A stretch of DNA of 64,000 nucleotides from a virus (Duplodnaviria; Heunggongvirae; Uroviricota; Caudoviricetes). The notes below the pieces were generated by a model. The model saw nothing but the letters and a program-made list of their open reading frames with translations, did not search any database and was not told the origin of the DNA. The position numbers and the translations under genes were made by a program. Shown piece by piece: positions 1-10,181 of this stretch. The first letter of the stretch is position 1; each line of letters begins with the position of its first letter. The DNA is taken from positions 41,510 through 105,509 of the IMG/VR virus record IMGVR_UViG_3300028364_000020. The stretch is one strand, 5' to 3'.

Positions 1-38
1 TTGAATATATTGATTTTAGAAACTACAGAAAAGGTGGT

Positions 39-1589
39 GTGATTGTGGGTGATAAGAACTTTGGACAATACGAAAACTCATATTATTTTTATTTTGGTTT
101 ATCTCCAAGAAAAAATAGTTTAGGTAAATTGAAACAATCATTTTTTAATTATTGTGACCCAACAATTGTCTCTGAATTCAATATTTTAATTTCAACTACT
201 GCGGTTTCGGCAATCGGGACATTAGATGGTACAGTTGTAATAACATTTGTTGGTGGTTCACCAAACTATACTTTTGTTTTAAGTGGCCCGAATGGGTATA
301 GTTTTAGTGGTTCAACTGAATCAACTGTAACAATTACTGGTTTAACTATAGGAATATATACAATATCTTCTAGTGATTCAAACGGTGTACCTGTAAATCA
401 ATCGTTTACTATTAGTAACCCACTTAGTTTATTTGCTGACGCAAGTGTTAATAAAAATAGTACAAGTGTTTTATCTCCCGATGGAGAAATTAGTTTATCT
501 AATATTGGTGGTGGTACTTCCCCATATACTTATACTTTAAAAAATAGTAGTGGTGATAATATAATTACTAATGAACTCTATGTGTCACCTATAACTATAC
601 GTGATTTACCCCAAGATGATTATAGATTAATTGTTTTTGATTCAGTTGGTGGGTCGATAATAATTACGGGTTTAGTTGTTTCAGGTGCATCATTATTTAC
701 GTTAGCACTCACTAAACAGGATAATCTTTGTTTTGGTGATACAATCGGTATAATAAACACTTTAATAGTAGGTGGTCAACGACCGTTTGTTACCTATGTG
801 ACTGCTGATAATGGTTACGAGAATTTTGATTTGTCTAATCAAAATTTAGCAAATGGTCGATACACCATTAAGGTTACTGATAATTTTAATACGACTGTAC
901 AAGAAGAGATAGAAATTATCAGTATTACACCATTTATGGAAATAGAAAAAGCAGATGAGACTACACTAGCTCGTCAATGTAGTGCAACTGAGTATGTTAT
1001 TAAATTTAAAGTTACTTCACCTTACAGTGGGTCACAAGTTTATATTCAGTATTCATTAAATTCTTCTGAAGATTGGAAACGAATAACTGTTAATGGTTAC
1101 ATTGATAGTGATAGTGTTTTAACCTTTAACATACCAAGAACTAAACTCCCGTTTGGTGGTATGGAACTAAGGATGGCCAACATTGAATATACATGCTTTA
1201 GTGAAATAATAGAAATTGATACTTCAGAAATGATACTCCCATTAGTTCCATTAATGATAGTTGCGGGTAACCAAGTTATACAACTTTCAAATTCAACAGT
1301 TAAGTTTAAATTTAATATTAGTCATTTATTGTCAAATGAAGTAAATAGAGGACCTTACGAGGTGAAATATCAAGTAACAGCAAGAAGACTAATTGGTGGT
1401 CAAACACCTAGTCAAGTTATTGGTTCTGAACAAACAACAACAATGATTACTAACGAACAATTAATTACTGGAAACGTTGCACAAGTTAATGGTCAAAACG
1501 CCACTAACTGTACAGTAAAAGTAAGAGTAATAGATAATAAGGGTTGTGTTTCAAATACCATATCCATTAACATAACCCTACCACAATGA
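39..1589 (+). CDS. hypothetical virion structural protein (Asn/Thr/Ser-rich), GTG start
   Basis: Long ORF in the structural-gene block. Composition is N/T/S/G-rich, typical of Bacteroidota phage tail and baseplate proteins. No catalytic motif was recognised. Confidence 0.5.
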   Translation: MIVGDKNFGQYENSYYFYFGLSPRKNSLGKLKQSFFNYCDPTIVSEFNILISTTAVSAIGTLDGTVVITFVGGSPNYTFVLSGPNGYSFSGSTESTVTITGLTIGIYTISSSDSNGVPVNQSFTISNPLSLFADASVNKNSTSVLSPDGEISLSNIGGGTSPYTYTLKNSSGDNIITNELYVSPITIRDLPQDDYRLIVFDSVGGSIIITGLVVSGASLFTLALTKQDNLCFGDTIGIINTLIVGGQRPFVTYVTADNGYENFDLSNQNLANGRYTIKVTDNFNTTVQEEIEIISITPFMEIEKADETTLARQCSATEYVIKFKVTSPYSGSQVYIQYSLNSSEDWKRITVNGYIDSDSVLTFNIPRTKLPFGGMELRMANIEYTCFSEIIEIDTSEMILPLVPLMIVAGNQVIQLSNSTVKFKFNISHLLSNEVNRGPYEVKYQVTARRLIGGQTPSQVIGSEQTTTMITNEQLITGNVAQVNGQNATNCTVKVRVIDNKGCVSNTISINITLPQ

Positions 1590-3379
1590 GAATTCAACAA
1601 AGATTAAATAATGAGAAATCAAAAGATTCCGTTAATAAAGATGTTTTATTAAATTTAAATATTAGTGGTAAAAATAAACTTCTACCAACTAACGAGATAA
1701 ATCGAATAGTAAATCTTGCAGATAGGTTTAATACTGAAAGACAAAGATGTAGTTTCTATCGTTTAATTGGAACAATAAACCCATTGGTTTCTAACCCATT
1801 GTTTAATTTAACTAATTCAATTTTATTAGATAAAAACACCATAGCTGGGTTTAATAAAATTGAATTTTTAGATAAAACATTACCTAAAAATAACAGCATA
1901 ATGGATAGTAACGATTTATATTTTAATGAATCCATTACTAATAATCTAAAAGAAAAAGATGGTTGGTTCGGTTATTACGAACCAAACAAAAATATAAAGG
2001 GGGTTTGTGGTTTTAATGATATGGAGCCAAAAAGAAGTAGATTTTCGTTTCTACCAGACAATAACCCACTAATAAAAACATCAGAAAATACTCCAGTAAA
2101 AAACTGGGAAATTGTGATAACATATCCAAAATCGGCTGATAGAGCACACCCAATGGTTAACGGTGGTCTTCTAATTATTGAAACTAAAACAGTAACTGTT
2201 TCAACAAAAGAAATGACTGCATTTGGGATAGCTTGTAACCATAATTTAACTATTGGGGATACCGTTAAAATTACTGGAACTAGTGGGTATAATGGTATTC
2301 ACGAAGTGGTTTCAGTTGGTTTAGATAATGGTGATTACAAAAATTATTATTTTACAATTAATGCTCCAAATACAGGTGCGATAAGTAATTCATCTAGGTT
2401 TAAAAAAATAGTAAACGAATCAGAATCTGAATATTATTTTAGAAAATTTTCAAAAATAAAAACTAGATTGTCGGAATATATGGAATCAGATGATTATGAA
2501 TCTTATCAATTAGGTTTTAGTCAAAATATCTTTAATGACCAAATAGTTCAATATGTTTTAAATGAAGATATTGATGTTAATGGTTTAACCGATAATCTAG
2601 GTAGACCTATTAGCGAGATTTACGTTACTACTATAAAAACCTCTAGTAATGGTTTATTTACGAATGTATCTTCTGGGATTGAAACACCCTTTTTAGAAAG
2701 ATTAAACGATAGTGGGTTTCATGAGTATTTACAATCAGTTCCAGTTATAAACAAAATTCATAATGGTGGTTCTATTCCTTTTAAATCACATACACCATTT
2801 GAAAATAACGTTATGATAGATAATAATAATGGGTTTACGAATAATAACGAATTTTATGGGGATTTAGTGGAGTACAATGAAACATTATTGGATGAAACTA
2901 TTTTAGCTGTTATTTCACATAGATTTAACACAATAAATAGAGAATCGTCATCACCTATCACCTACTTAAAAAATAAGTTATTTAACACTAACGAACAAAT
3001 AAACCTAGGACCAAGACAAGAAGGATATTTTTATCAACCGCATCATAAAATAAAAATTAGGGAGTTTTCCAATTACATAGAAGAGGGTGATTCGGATACG
3101 GATGGGATTCCATTATATGCTAAAGAAATGGATGATGGTAGAATTTTATGGAGGGATTTATTAGATATTGGTTTTAACGAAACGGATTCTCAATCGATTG
3201 ATTACCCATTTTTAAATGGTGTTCACTATTTATATAATAGTCAAACCTTTGCATTAACAAGACAAGACCAATTTGGGTTATGGAAACTTTACTACAGTAA
3301 ATTCCCAGCCGACCCTACTGGTGATAGAATAACAGATAGATTTTCAATTAATACAGAAAGTACAGCAGATGAATGTTAA
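1586..3379 (+). CDS. hypothetical virion structural protein
   Basis: Its start overlaps the stop of the upstream gene (ATGA), so it is in the same operon. Asn-rich composition. Confidence 0.5.
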   Translation: MRIQQRLNNEKSKDSVNKDVLLNLNISGKNKLLPTNEINRIVNLADRFNTERQRCSFYRLIGTINPLVSNPLFNLTNSILLDKNTIAGFNKIEFLDKTLPKNNSIMDSNDLYFNESITNNLKEKDGWFGYYEPNKNIKGVCGFNDMEPKRSRFSFLPDNNPLIKTSENTPVKNWEIVITYPKSADRAHPMVNGGLLIIETKTVTVSTKEMTAFGIACNHNLTIGDTVKITGTSGYNGIHEVVSVGLDNGDYKNYYFTINAPNTGAISNSSRFKKIVNESESEYYFRKFSKIKTRLSEYMESDDYESYQLGFSQNIFNDQIVQYVLNEDIDVNGLTDNLGRPISEIYVTTIKTSSNGLFTNVSSGIETPFLERLNDSGFHEYLQSVPVINKIHNGGSIPFKSHTPFENNVMIDNNNGFTNNNEFYGDLVEYNETLLDETILAVISHRFNTINRESSSPITYLKNKLFNTNEQINLGPRQEGYFYQPHHKIKIREFSNYIEEGDSDTDGIPLYAKEMDDGRILWRDLLDIGFNETDSQSIDYPFLNGVHYLYNSQTFALTRQDQFGLWKLYYSKFPADPTGDRITDRFSINTESTADEC

Positions 3380-4217
3380 TAAATTTAAGATACCTCTATC
3401 TTCATTTAATGGGGTCTCAGCGACAACAATAAATTTCACGATACCAATGGAATATCAAGTAGTTGATAATTCTGAGTTAATTGAAAAAGAATTTGTTGAA
3501 GTTGAAGTTGAAAAAGCGATTAATTCGATATTAGATTATGATAGAACTAGGTTTTCACCAATAAATTCAAGTGGTAGACCTTTAGATAAAATTATCTATA
3601 AAATTAATATGTTAAATGAAGGACAATATGTGGATACATTTGGTCTTATTGGTTTCGATAACGAAGATATTAAATTCAGAAAAAGTTCATTTAAACAAAC
3701 ATTTTTAAGTTTACTTTTTTATGATAGTGATAATCCAATGACTCAAAATATAGTAACCAATGCAAGTTTGTATGCTAATTTAAACACTGGAGATTTTTTA
3801 CCATCTAGTCAATCTATCTCAAGTTCAGGACAACCAAAAGACGTATCAAATATACCAATAAATTTTATATTGGACAACCCATTAACTTCACCAAGAGGTT
3901 TCGCAGAAGGTTATTATTTATACGATTATAAAGATAGTTTAAAAATAGGTGAAGAAAAATATCTTTACATGAGAGCTGGTTTTAAAAATGCTAAAACAGG
4001 TAAGTCAACTAACTTAATGGTTAAAAACACACCACAATTTATAGATAAATTATTACACGAACTTTATACTAGATTTATATTGACTAGAACTAGTAAGGGA
4101 TACTTTTACGAAGTTGATTCTACTTATCAAGGTAATCTTAGTGTTGGTGCGTTCACTAATGTTGAACACACGACTAAAAATACAATAATAAATTTATATC
4201 AAATAAATGCATTATAA
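3369..4217 (+). CDS. hypothetical structural protein
   Basis: Overlapping ORF in the same operon. No recognisable motif. Confidence 0.45.
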   Translation: MNVNKFKIPLSSFNGVSATTINFTIPMEYQVVDNSELIEKEFVEVEVEKAINSILDYDRTRFSPINSSGRPLDKIIYKINMLNEGQYVDTFGLIGFDNEDIKFRKSSFKQTFLSLLFYDSDNPMTQNIVTNASLYANLNTGDFLPSSQSISSSGQPKDVSNIPINFILDNPLTSPRGFAEGYYLYDYKDSLKIGEEKYLYMRAGFKNAKTGKSTNLMVKNTPQFIDKLLHELYTRFILTRTSKGYFYEVDSTYQGNLSVGAFTNVEHTTKNTIINLYQINAL

Positions 4218-5077
4218 TGGAAACAATTAAAAGAAAAATACATTTGGAGTCTAGCATAAATAGAGAAGCAGGAAGTGAAAATTGGGGAACTTTAACAGCA
4301 ACTACATTCTATATTAAAGTTATGTTGACTCAAAATATAGATGATATGGGTTTATTTACCGATATTGATTTTATTCCTAAAAACAAGGTAAATGAAATCC
4401 CAGACTATTCTATTTTGGTTTCAAAACTAAATGAATCAAATTTAACGTTTCCATTTATGAGTGTACCAACTAGATACCCAATTAATCTAAGTGAAACAGA
4501 AAAAGTGACTTTAAGGGTCCCAAGTATTGACGAAACGTCTTACTACTCAACTTTAAATAAAAGATTAAGCGGGACGACTGATAGTAAATTAGAGGACTTA
4601 AGAACATATAAAACATCAGACCCATTTAGAACAAATTTTAACGTAGGGAGTGAAACCTATGTTAACTATAAGGATTTAAGTGTTATAGGTGTAAATAGGA
4701 TTATTTCAATGAATGAACCTAAAATATATGTATTTGATACAGTAGATGACGATAAAATAGGTACTTTAGAGCAAACTAACGGTATTCAATACATGGATTT
4801 TTATAGTGAACCTCAAAATCCCAATACGAACAGAAATATCCCCTATAGTACTTTTATGTTTGTTAATGAAGGTTGGAATATGACGAATACTTCATTATCT
4901 GCATTAATTAAAAAAAATTATTTATTTGGCATTATTTCTACGCCAGAAATAAAAAACGATATCTTTATAGATAGAGGGGCAATAAACCTTTTAGGACCAC
5001 ATTTAAGATTAGCAGAAATAGGAAACATCTCAGAACTAGTTAGATACGGTAATGGTTATTATAATATAAATAAATAA
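4217..5077 (+). CDS. hypothetical structural protein
   Basis: ATGA-type start/stop overlap with the upstream ORF. Composition is structural-like. Confidence 0.45.
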   Translation: METIKRKIHLESSINREAGSENWGTLTATTFYIKVMLTQNIDDMGLFTDIDFIPKNKVNEIPDYSILVSKLNESNLTFPFMSVPTRYPINLSETEKVTLRVPSIDETSYYSTLNKRLSGTTDSKLEDLRTYKTSDPFRTNFNVGSETYVNYKDLSVIGVNRIISMNEPKIYVFDTVDDDKIGTLEQTNGIQYMDFYSEPQNPNTNRNIPYSTFMFVNEGWNMTNTSLSALIKKNYLFGIISTPEIKNDIFIDRGAINLLGPHLRLAEIGNISELVRYGNGYYNINK

Positions 5078-5153
5078 ACAACAAATGAATCTTTTTAATT
5101 AAACATGTATTTTTAATTAAAAAGAGTTATGTTAAATAAAAACAGAAACAAAC

Positions 5154-6080
5154 ATGTATTTTGCAACAGGAAATTATGGCGTAGTAAGACCAGCAGATAT
5201 ATCTCCAGAAGATGTTGAGATATTTTATCACTACAGCCCTTCTAGGGATTCTCAAGGAGAAACAACTTTAAATAGATTAGTACCATCAGAGGTATTAATT
5301 AAAATTGACCACCCAAACAAAACTGTTACTGGTTTTGAGGTATTTGGTGGTATGTATACTTTAAAATTACCAGTAGCAACATTTGGTGCTAAAGGTTTTT
5401 ATTCAATAATTATTAAACCTGTTGAAATCAGAACAAAAATAGTTGACGTTGGTGTATTATCAGCATATCCAGATATAAAAGGACTTGTTTTTGACATCTC
5501 TAATTTACCAGCACAATTTCTCAGTAAATTCGAAAATGATGGTTTAGTTGGTTATAGAATAGAATATTTGAAAAGCGATAACCCCAATAGTACTTCAGAT
5601 GCTAAATTAAACGGGTTATTTAGAGTAATAACCTCGAATAACAGAGCGGAACCAGTAAACCAGAATTTAAGTAACGTAATGCAAAAAGCGATTAGGTATC
5701 GTTTTAATGATAGTTCTTCACTTTCCTTTTGTACTGTATCACCAGCGTCTGCGTCTAATGTAAGACCAAACGCTTTACCATTTATTGGTCAACCTGACCA
5801 ACAAATAATTTTAACCAACACATTATTTAATCCAATAATGATTGAGGTTGAGATGGTTGAACACGATATTGAAACTTTAGCGTATGCTTTATTAGGAAAT
5901 CAAACAAAAAGCCTTGATGATGGTATTTATACTATATACAATTTTAATAATGATATTTATAAGCAATTTAATTTGTATGAAATAAAAGATAGATTTACTG
6001 GTAAACCATTGTTCGAAGTTAGAGAAGAAAGAACTGGAATTGATTTTACTAAAACATTTAATAATGTTACTAATATATAA
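5154..6080 (+). CDS. hypothetical structural protein
   Basis: Long ORF in the structural block. Confidence 0.45.
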   Translation: MYFATGNYGVVRPADISPEDVEIFYHYSPSRDSQGETTLNRLVPSEVLIKIDHPNKTVTGFEVFGGMYTLKLPVATFGAKGFYSIIIKPVEIRTKIVDVGVLSAYPDIKGLVFDISNLPAQFLSKFENDGLVGYRIEYLKSDNPNSTSDAKLNGLFRVITSNNRAEPVNQNLSNVMQKAIRYRFNDSSSLSFCTVSPASASNVRPNALPFIGQPDQQIILTNTLFNPIMIEVEMVEHDIETLAYALLGNQTKSLDDGIYTIYNFNNDIYKQFNLYEIKDRFTGKPLFEVREERTGIDFTKTFNNVTNI

Positions 6081-6086
6081 AAATAA

Positions 6087-9000
6087 ATGGAGAAATTTAA
6101 AGCTGTTGGGTATGTAAAAAAACATGTATATAACGGTAACATTGAATATAGAAATTTTACACCAGACTTAGTTGGTTTACAACTAACTAGTGATGGTGGT
6201 ACCCCATTGTTTACTATGGGTAATTTTTCTATTACCACAAACATGGAAGCTAAAAATACGAAAATTTTTAATGTGGATAAATTTTCTGATTTTTATTCTT
6301 TATCTACATTAGACGTAACTGAAGAACAGACAAAAATGTTACTGGCTAATAATACTGGAACTTATTTAAACTTAGATAAAACTAAATTAAAATATTATGC
6401 TTTATTTGGTTCTTTAACTGAATTTATTAGAGTGAATTTAGAAGAAGTAATCACTAAATGGCCAGCTTCATTATATGTAACTTCTTTAAATACAAACACT
6501 CTTGGTTTAGTTGAGAATCTAGATACTATGGGTGACTATTTGTATGATAACATCACCGATACTTCTACTTTTTTAGTAAATACTAATTTAATAACAAATA
6601 AATTTATAATAAATTACTTAAAAAGTGGGTCTATTGTCGAAACATTTAGTGAGACTAATGATTTAAGGAATTTAGTAAGTAATTATAGGTCTTATGTGAT
6701 ACTGGTTAATGGTGTTGAATTTCCCATTATTGGGTTTGTTGGTTCAAATAATGTTTCTTCAGATTTTTTGTCTTTAACAGTAAAAGGTGATGTATTGAAG
6801 GACAAAAGCACTAAAATTAGTTACCATATAAAACCTAATAAATTAATTGAAGGGTTATTTTACAACGATTTAAGTGAATTTAATGGCTATTTATTAAATA
6901 GATATTCGTTTCCAAAATATAAATCTTACTTTAATACCCCAAAGAGAACCGATAGTGGTTTGGTTATTTATTCTAATGAATCTTTAACATGGCCAGTTAC
7001 CGATGGGTATAATATTGATTACGATAGTACTGAGTACATTTCTTTCGCTTCAAAATTATTTAATATTGCAGAAAATAGTGATTCAATTAATAGTAATTTA
7101 ATGACTAGGTTTTTAGTGTCAGAATCTATATCAGCTTTTGACACGGTACCCGTTCATTTAGCTGAAGAACACATTGATACTTCAGGACAAAAAGTTAATA
7201 AAACGCTACAAATATATGGGGTTAGTTTTGATGAAATAAATAAATTTATTACTGGTATTTCATTTGCTAATACAGTAACTTATAATAAATTAGATAATAC
7301 ACCAGATAAATACTTAAAGACCCTAGCAAAGGTTTTAGGGTGGGAATTGGTTGCACCTGTATTAGATAATAACTTACTGACTAACTATATTGCGACATCA
7401 GACAAACAATACGGGGGTGAATCAGTTGGCTTATCACCAGTAGATGCAGACATTGAACTTTGGAGAAGGATTATATTAAATACGCCTTGGATTTGGAAAT
7501 CAAAAGGTACTAGAAAAACAATTGAATTTCTATTAAAATTTATTGGAGCACCGCAAGGATTAATCGAATTTAACGAATATGTCTATGTTGTAGATAAACC
7601 ATTAGATTTAGAAATTTTTAGTAAAGTCTTAGAATTAAATGGGTTAGATACAGAGTTAAGTTTTTATCCTATTGATTCTGAAGGCTTTCCTTTCTTTTCA
7701 AGTAATACACCAGACTTATATTTTCAGAATAAAGGTTTATGGTATAGAGAAACTGGCGGTAGTGGTTCTACTATAGATATTTCATCTGGTAATAACCCAC
7801 ATTCAGGTCCTTACGATGGTGGGAGTACATACATTAATCAATTAAAAAATTTAATACCTAATTTTTCGGCTGTTACGATTAGTGGTGAAACATCTTCAAC
7901 GGAAACAACTAATTTATTCTTGAATTATTCTATGGGTGAGATAACTGGATATAGTGGCGAAACGTTTGTCAATGTTGTTAACGTTGATGGAAGTGAGTTA
8001 ACTGATTGTACGGAGGTTATTATAGAAATAGTTTCCGACCCAATATCAGAGGAGAATTTGGACTTATGTGGCTGCCCTACTGGTCTTAGTGATGACGCTT
8101 TAAGTATTTGTATCAAAGCGACACTTAGGCTTGTTGAACCAACCTTACTTTGTGATAACTTAGTTAGCCCCCCAACAAATAATACCGATACGGACATGTA
8201 TGTTTTTGAAAAATATCAATACAATTCTGATGGGTCTATTTTTATGGTTAATGGTGCTGTAGTCCCGTTCGTAACTAATTTCATTGATAGAGCGTGTTGT
8301 GAATTTTTGGGTGGTTTACCCACATTAGTTGAATATTATAATCAAGTAACCGATGAAAGAATAAACGGCTACATTTGTTGCACTGGACCAAACTGTAACG
8401 TTCAAGTGGATTGTAAATGTGGTTGGTTACTTTCTGATAAAATAAATACGTATAACGACTTTTTAGTTTTCGTAGATAATTCTGGGATTGAGACAATTCT
8501 TGTACCTAATAATTCATTTTGTCCACTATTATGGTCTAATGCGGAAGTTGATGTAACCGAACCAAGCACTGGATTTACAGGTATTGCTTGTCGAATAACT
8601 ATACCATCTGATGGTTTTACTGAAAATATTGCCTTATTAAGAATCGAATACGAAAGACGAAGTAGTTTACCTGATTGTTGTGATTTTACTTTTCAACCAC
8701 CACAAGTAACAGGTTGTCAATGTGGGTGGTTACTTTCTGATGAAATAAATATAGGTAGCGAATTTTTAATTTTTATAACTGATATTGTAGATAATTCTGG
8801 GTTTAGAATTGAGACAATTCTTGTGCCTAATAATTCATTTTGTCCACCATTATGGTCTGTTGCAGAGTCTGGTGTAACCGACCCAACTACTGGAGTTATA
8901 GGTATTGGGTGTAGAATAATTATACCATCTGATGGTTTTACTGAAAATATTGACTTATTAAGAACCGAATACGAAATTAGAAGGCGTTCAACTGATTGTT

Positions 9001-10091
9001 GTGATTTTACTTTTCAACCACCTCAACCAGTAGAACCAAGTTGTTTATGTTACACTTTAACTCCGACTGAGGGTCAGGACGAACCACTAATTTCTGGTAG
9101 AATATTTACTTTCACTAGATGTGGAGAGGATGTAGCGGAGGTTATGGCTATTGAATTTGGTCAAAGTATTAATGTTTGTTTATCGTCACCAGTTATTAGT
9201 GTTAATGGTGGTGCAGAGATAGGACTAAGTATTAACAATTGTTGTATAGTAATACCAGACCCAGAAATTGGTTGTGTGGTCCAACCAAATGCAGGGACAA
9301 ACGGAACACTAACAGTTGGGGTAGTTTGTGTAGGAACTACCCCAACAAATGCAGATTTATTTGCAGCATTGTTAGGAACACCAGCATCTGGTGGCACGTG
9401 GAGTAATGTTGGATTGGTTTATACCTATACAGTCACTGGAGTCGCTCCTTGTGTAAATGCAACGGCAACAGTAACCGTTACAGAGCAAGCTCAACCAGTA
9501 GAACCAACAACAGCTTGTTACGAAACAGCAATATTCAATAATACAACTTGTGCTTGGGAAGTAACAGGAACACAACCAGTAGAACCAACAACTGCATTAG
9601 AATGTTGGGAAACTAGAGGGTTTAACGATACAACTTGTGCTTGGGAAGTAACAGGAACACAACCAGTAGAACCAACAACTGCATTAGACAGTTGGGAAAC
9701 TAGAAGCTTTAACGATACAACTTGTGCTTGGGAAGTAACAGGAACACAACCAGTAGAACCAAATTGTGTATGTTACGATTTAACTTCTATTCCAATAGCA
9801 GACCCAACCCAAACACAACCTTTTGGGACTAGATTTACTGTCTATAGATGTGGACAGGATGTAGCGGAATCTATATTTGTTTTACTTGATGAAACTGTTT
9901 GTGTATCAGCTCGTCCACAAGGTGTTGCGATAGCATTAGATGAGCGTAACGGTAATGGAACAATAGATGAGCCTAACGGTAATGGAACAATAGAAGTAAA
10001 TACTAACAATTGTTGTACAGAAACAGAACCACCACCAAGAGGTTGTGAGGGACCTAATGGTGATTTTGATATAAGCCATTGTCTAGAATAA
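6087..10091 (+). CDS. large Cys-rich repeat-containing protein, putative tail fibre or adhesin
   Basis: 1334 aa. It contains an internal duplicated module of about 100 aa (CxCGWLLSD...NSFCP.LWS...CCDFTFQPPQ, present twice). It also contains three tandem copies of a 31-aa repeat (NDTTCAWEVTGTQPVEPT). The C-terminal third is Cys-rich. Confidence 0.55.
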   Translation: MEKFKAVGYVKKHVYNGNIEYRNFTPDLVGLQLTSDGGTPLFTMGNFSITTNMEAKNTKIFNVDKFSDFYSLSTLDVTEEQTKMLLANNTGTYLNLDKTKLKYYALFGSLTEFIRVNLEEVITKWPASLYVTSLNTNTLGLVENLDTMGDYLYDNITDTSTFLVNTNLITNKFIINYLKSGSIVETFSETNDLRNLVSNYRSYVILVNGVEFPIIGFVGSNNVSSDFLSLTVKGDVLKDKSTKISYHIKPNKLIEGLFYNDLSEFNGYLLNRYSFPKYKSYFNTPKRTDSGLVIYSNESLTWPVTDGYNIDYDSTEYISFASKLFNIAENSDSINSNLMTRFLVSESISAFDTVPVHLAEEHIDTSGQKVNKTLQIYGVSFDEINKFITGISFANTVTYNKLDNTPDKYLKTLAKVLGWELVAPVLDNNLLTNYIATSDKQYGGESVGLSPVDADIELWRRIILNTPWIWKSKGTRKTIEFLLKFIGAPQGLIEFNEYVYVVDKPLDLEIFSKVLELNGLDTELSFYPIDSEGFPFFSSNTPDLYFQNKGLWYRETGGSGSTIDISSGNNPHSGPYDGGSTYINQLKNLIPNFSAVTISGETSSTETTNLFLNYSMGEITGYSGETFVNVVNVDGSELTDCTEVIIEIVSDPISEENLDLCGCPTGLSDDALSICIKATLRLVEPTLLCDNLVSPPTNNTDTDMYVFEKYQYNSDGSIFMVNGAVVPFVTNFIDRACCEFLGGLPTLVEYYNQVTDERINGYICCTGPNCNVQVDCKCGWLLSDKINTYNDFLVFVDNSGIETILVPNNSFCPLLWSNAEVDVTEPSTGFTGIACRITIPSDGFTENIALLRIEYERRSSLPDCCDFTFQPPQVTGCQCGWLLSDEINIGSEFLIFITDIVDNSGFRIETILVPNNSFCPPLWSVAESGVTDPTTGVIGIGCRIIIPSDGFTENIDLLRTEYEIRRRSTDCCDFTFQPPQPVEPSCLCYTLTPTEGQDEPLISGRIFTFTRCGEDVAEVMAIEFGQSINVCLSSPVISVNGGAEIGLSINNCCIVIPDPEIGCVVQPNAGTNGTLTVGVVCVGTTPTNADLFAALLGTPASGGTWSNVGLVYTYTVTGVAPCVNATATVTVTEQAQPVEPTTACYETAIFNNTTCAWEVTGTQPVEPTTALECWETRGFNDTTCAWEVTGTQPVEPTTALDSWETRSFNDTTCAWEVTGTQPVEPNCVCYDLTSIPIADPTQTQPFGTRFTVYRCGQDVAESIFVLLDETVCVSARPQGVAIALDERNGNGTIDEPNGNGTIEVNTNNCCTETEPPPRGCEGPNGDFDISHCLE

Positions 10092-10181
10092 CCACCACCA
10101 TTTACTGGCGGTATTTGACCTAATGGTAATTATTATTGTGCACCATAATAAAATAAATAAATAAATAAATAAATAAATAAA

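Noticed and set aside
5892-6244. Minus-strand ORFs 5892..6125 and 5957..6244 (and similar short antisense ORFs at 7925, 8281, 9161, 9372, 13140, 14965, 17394, 24575, 24872, 26490, 28075, 30370, 33500, 49451, 49784)
   Set aside because: They lie entirely inside strong + strand genes and have Leu/Ile/Phe-rich composition typical of antisense frames in AT-rich DNA.
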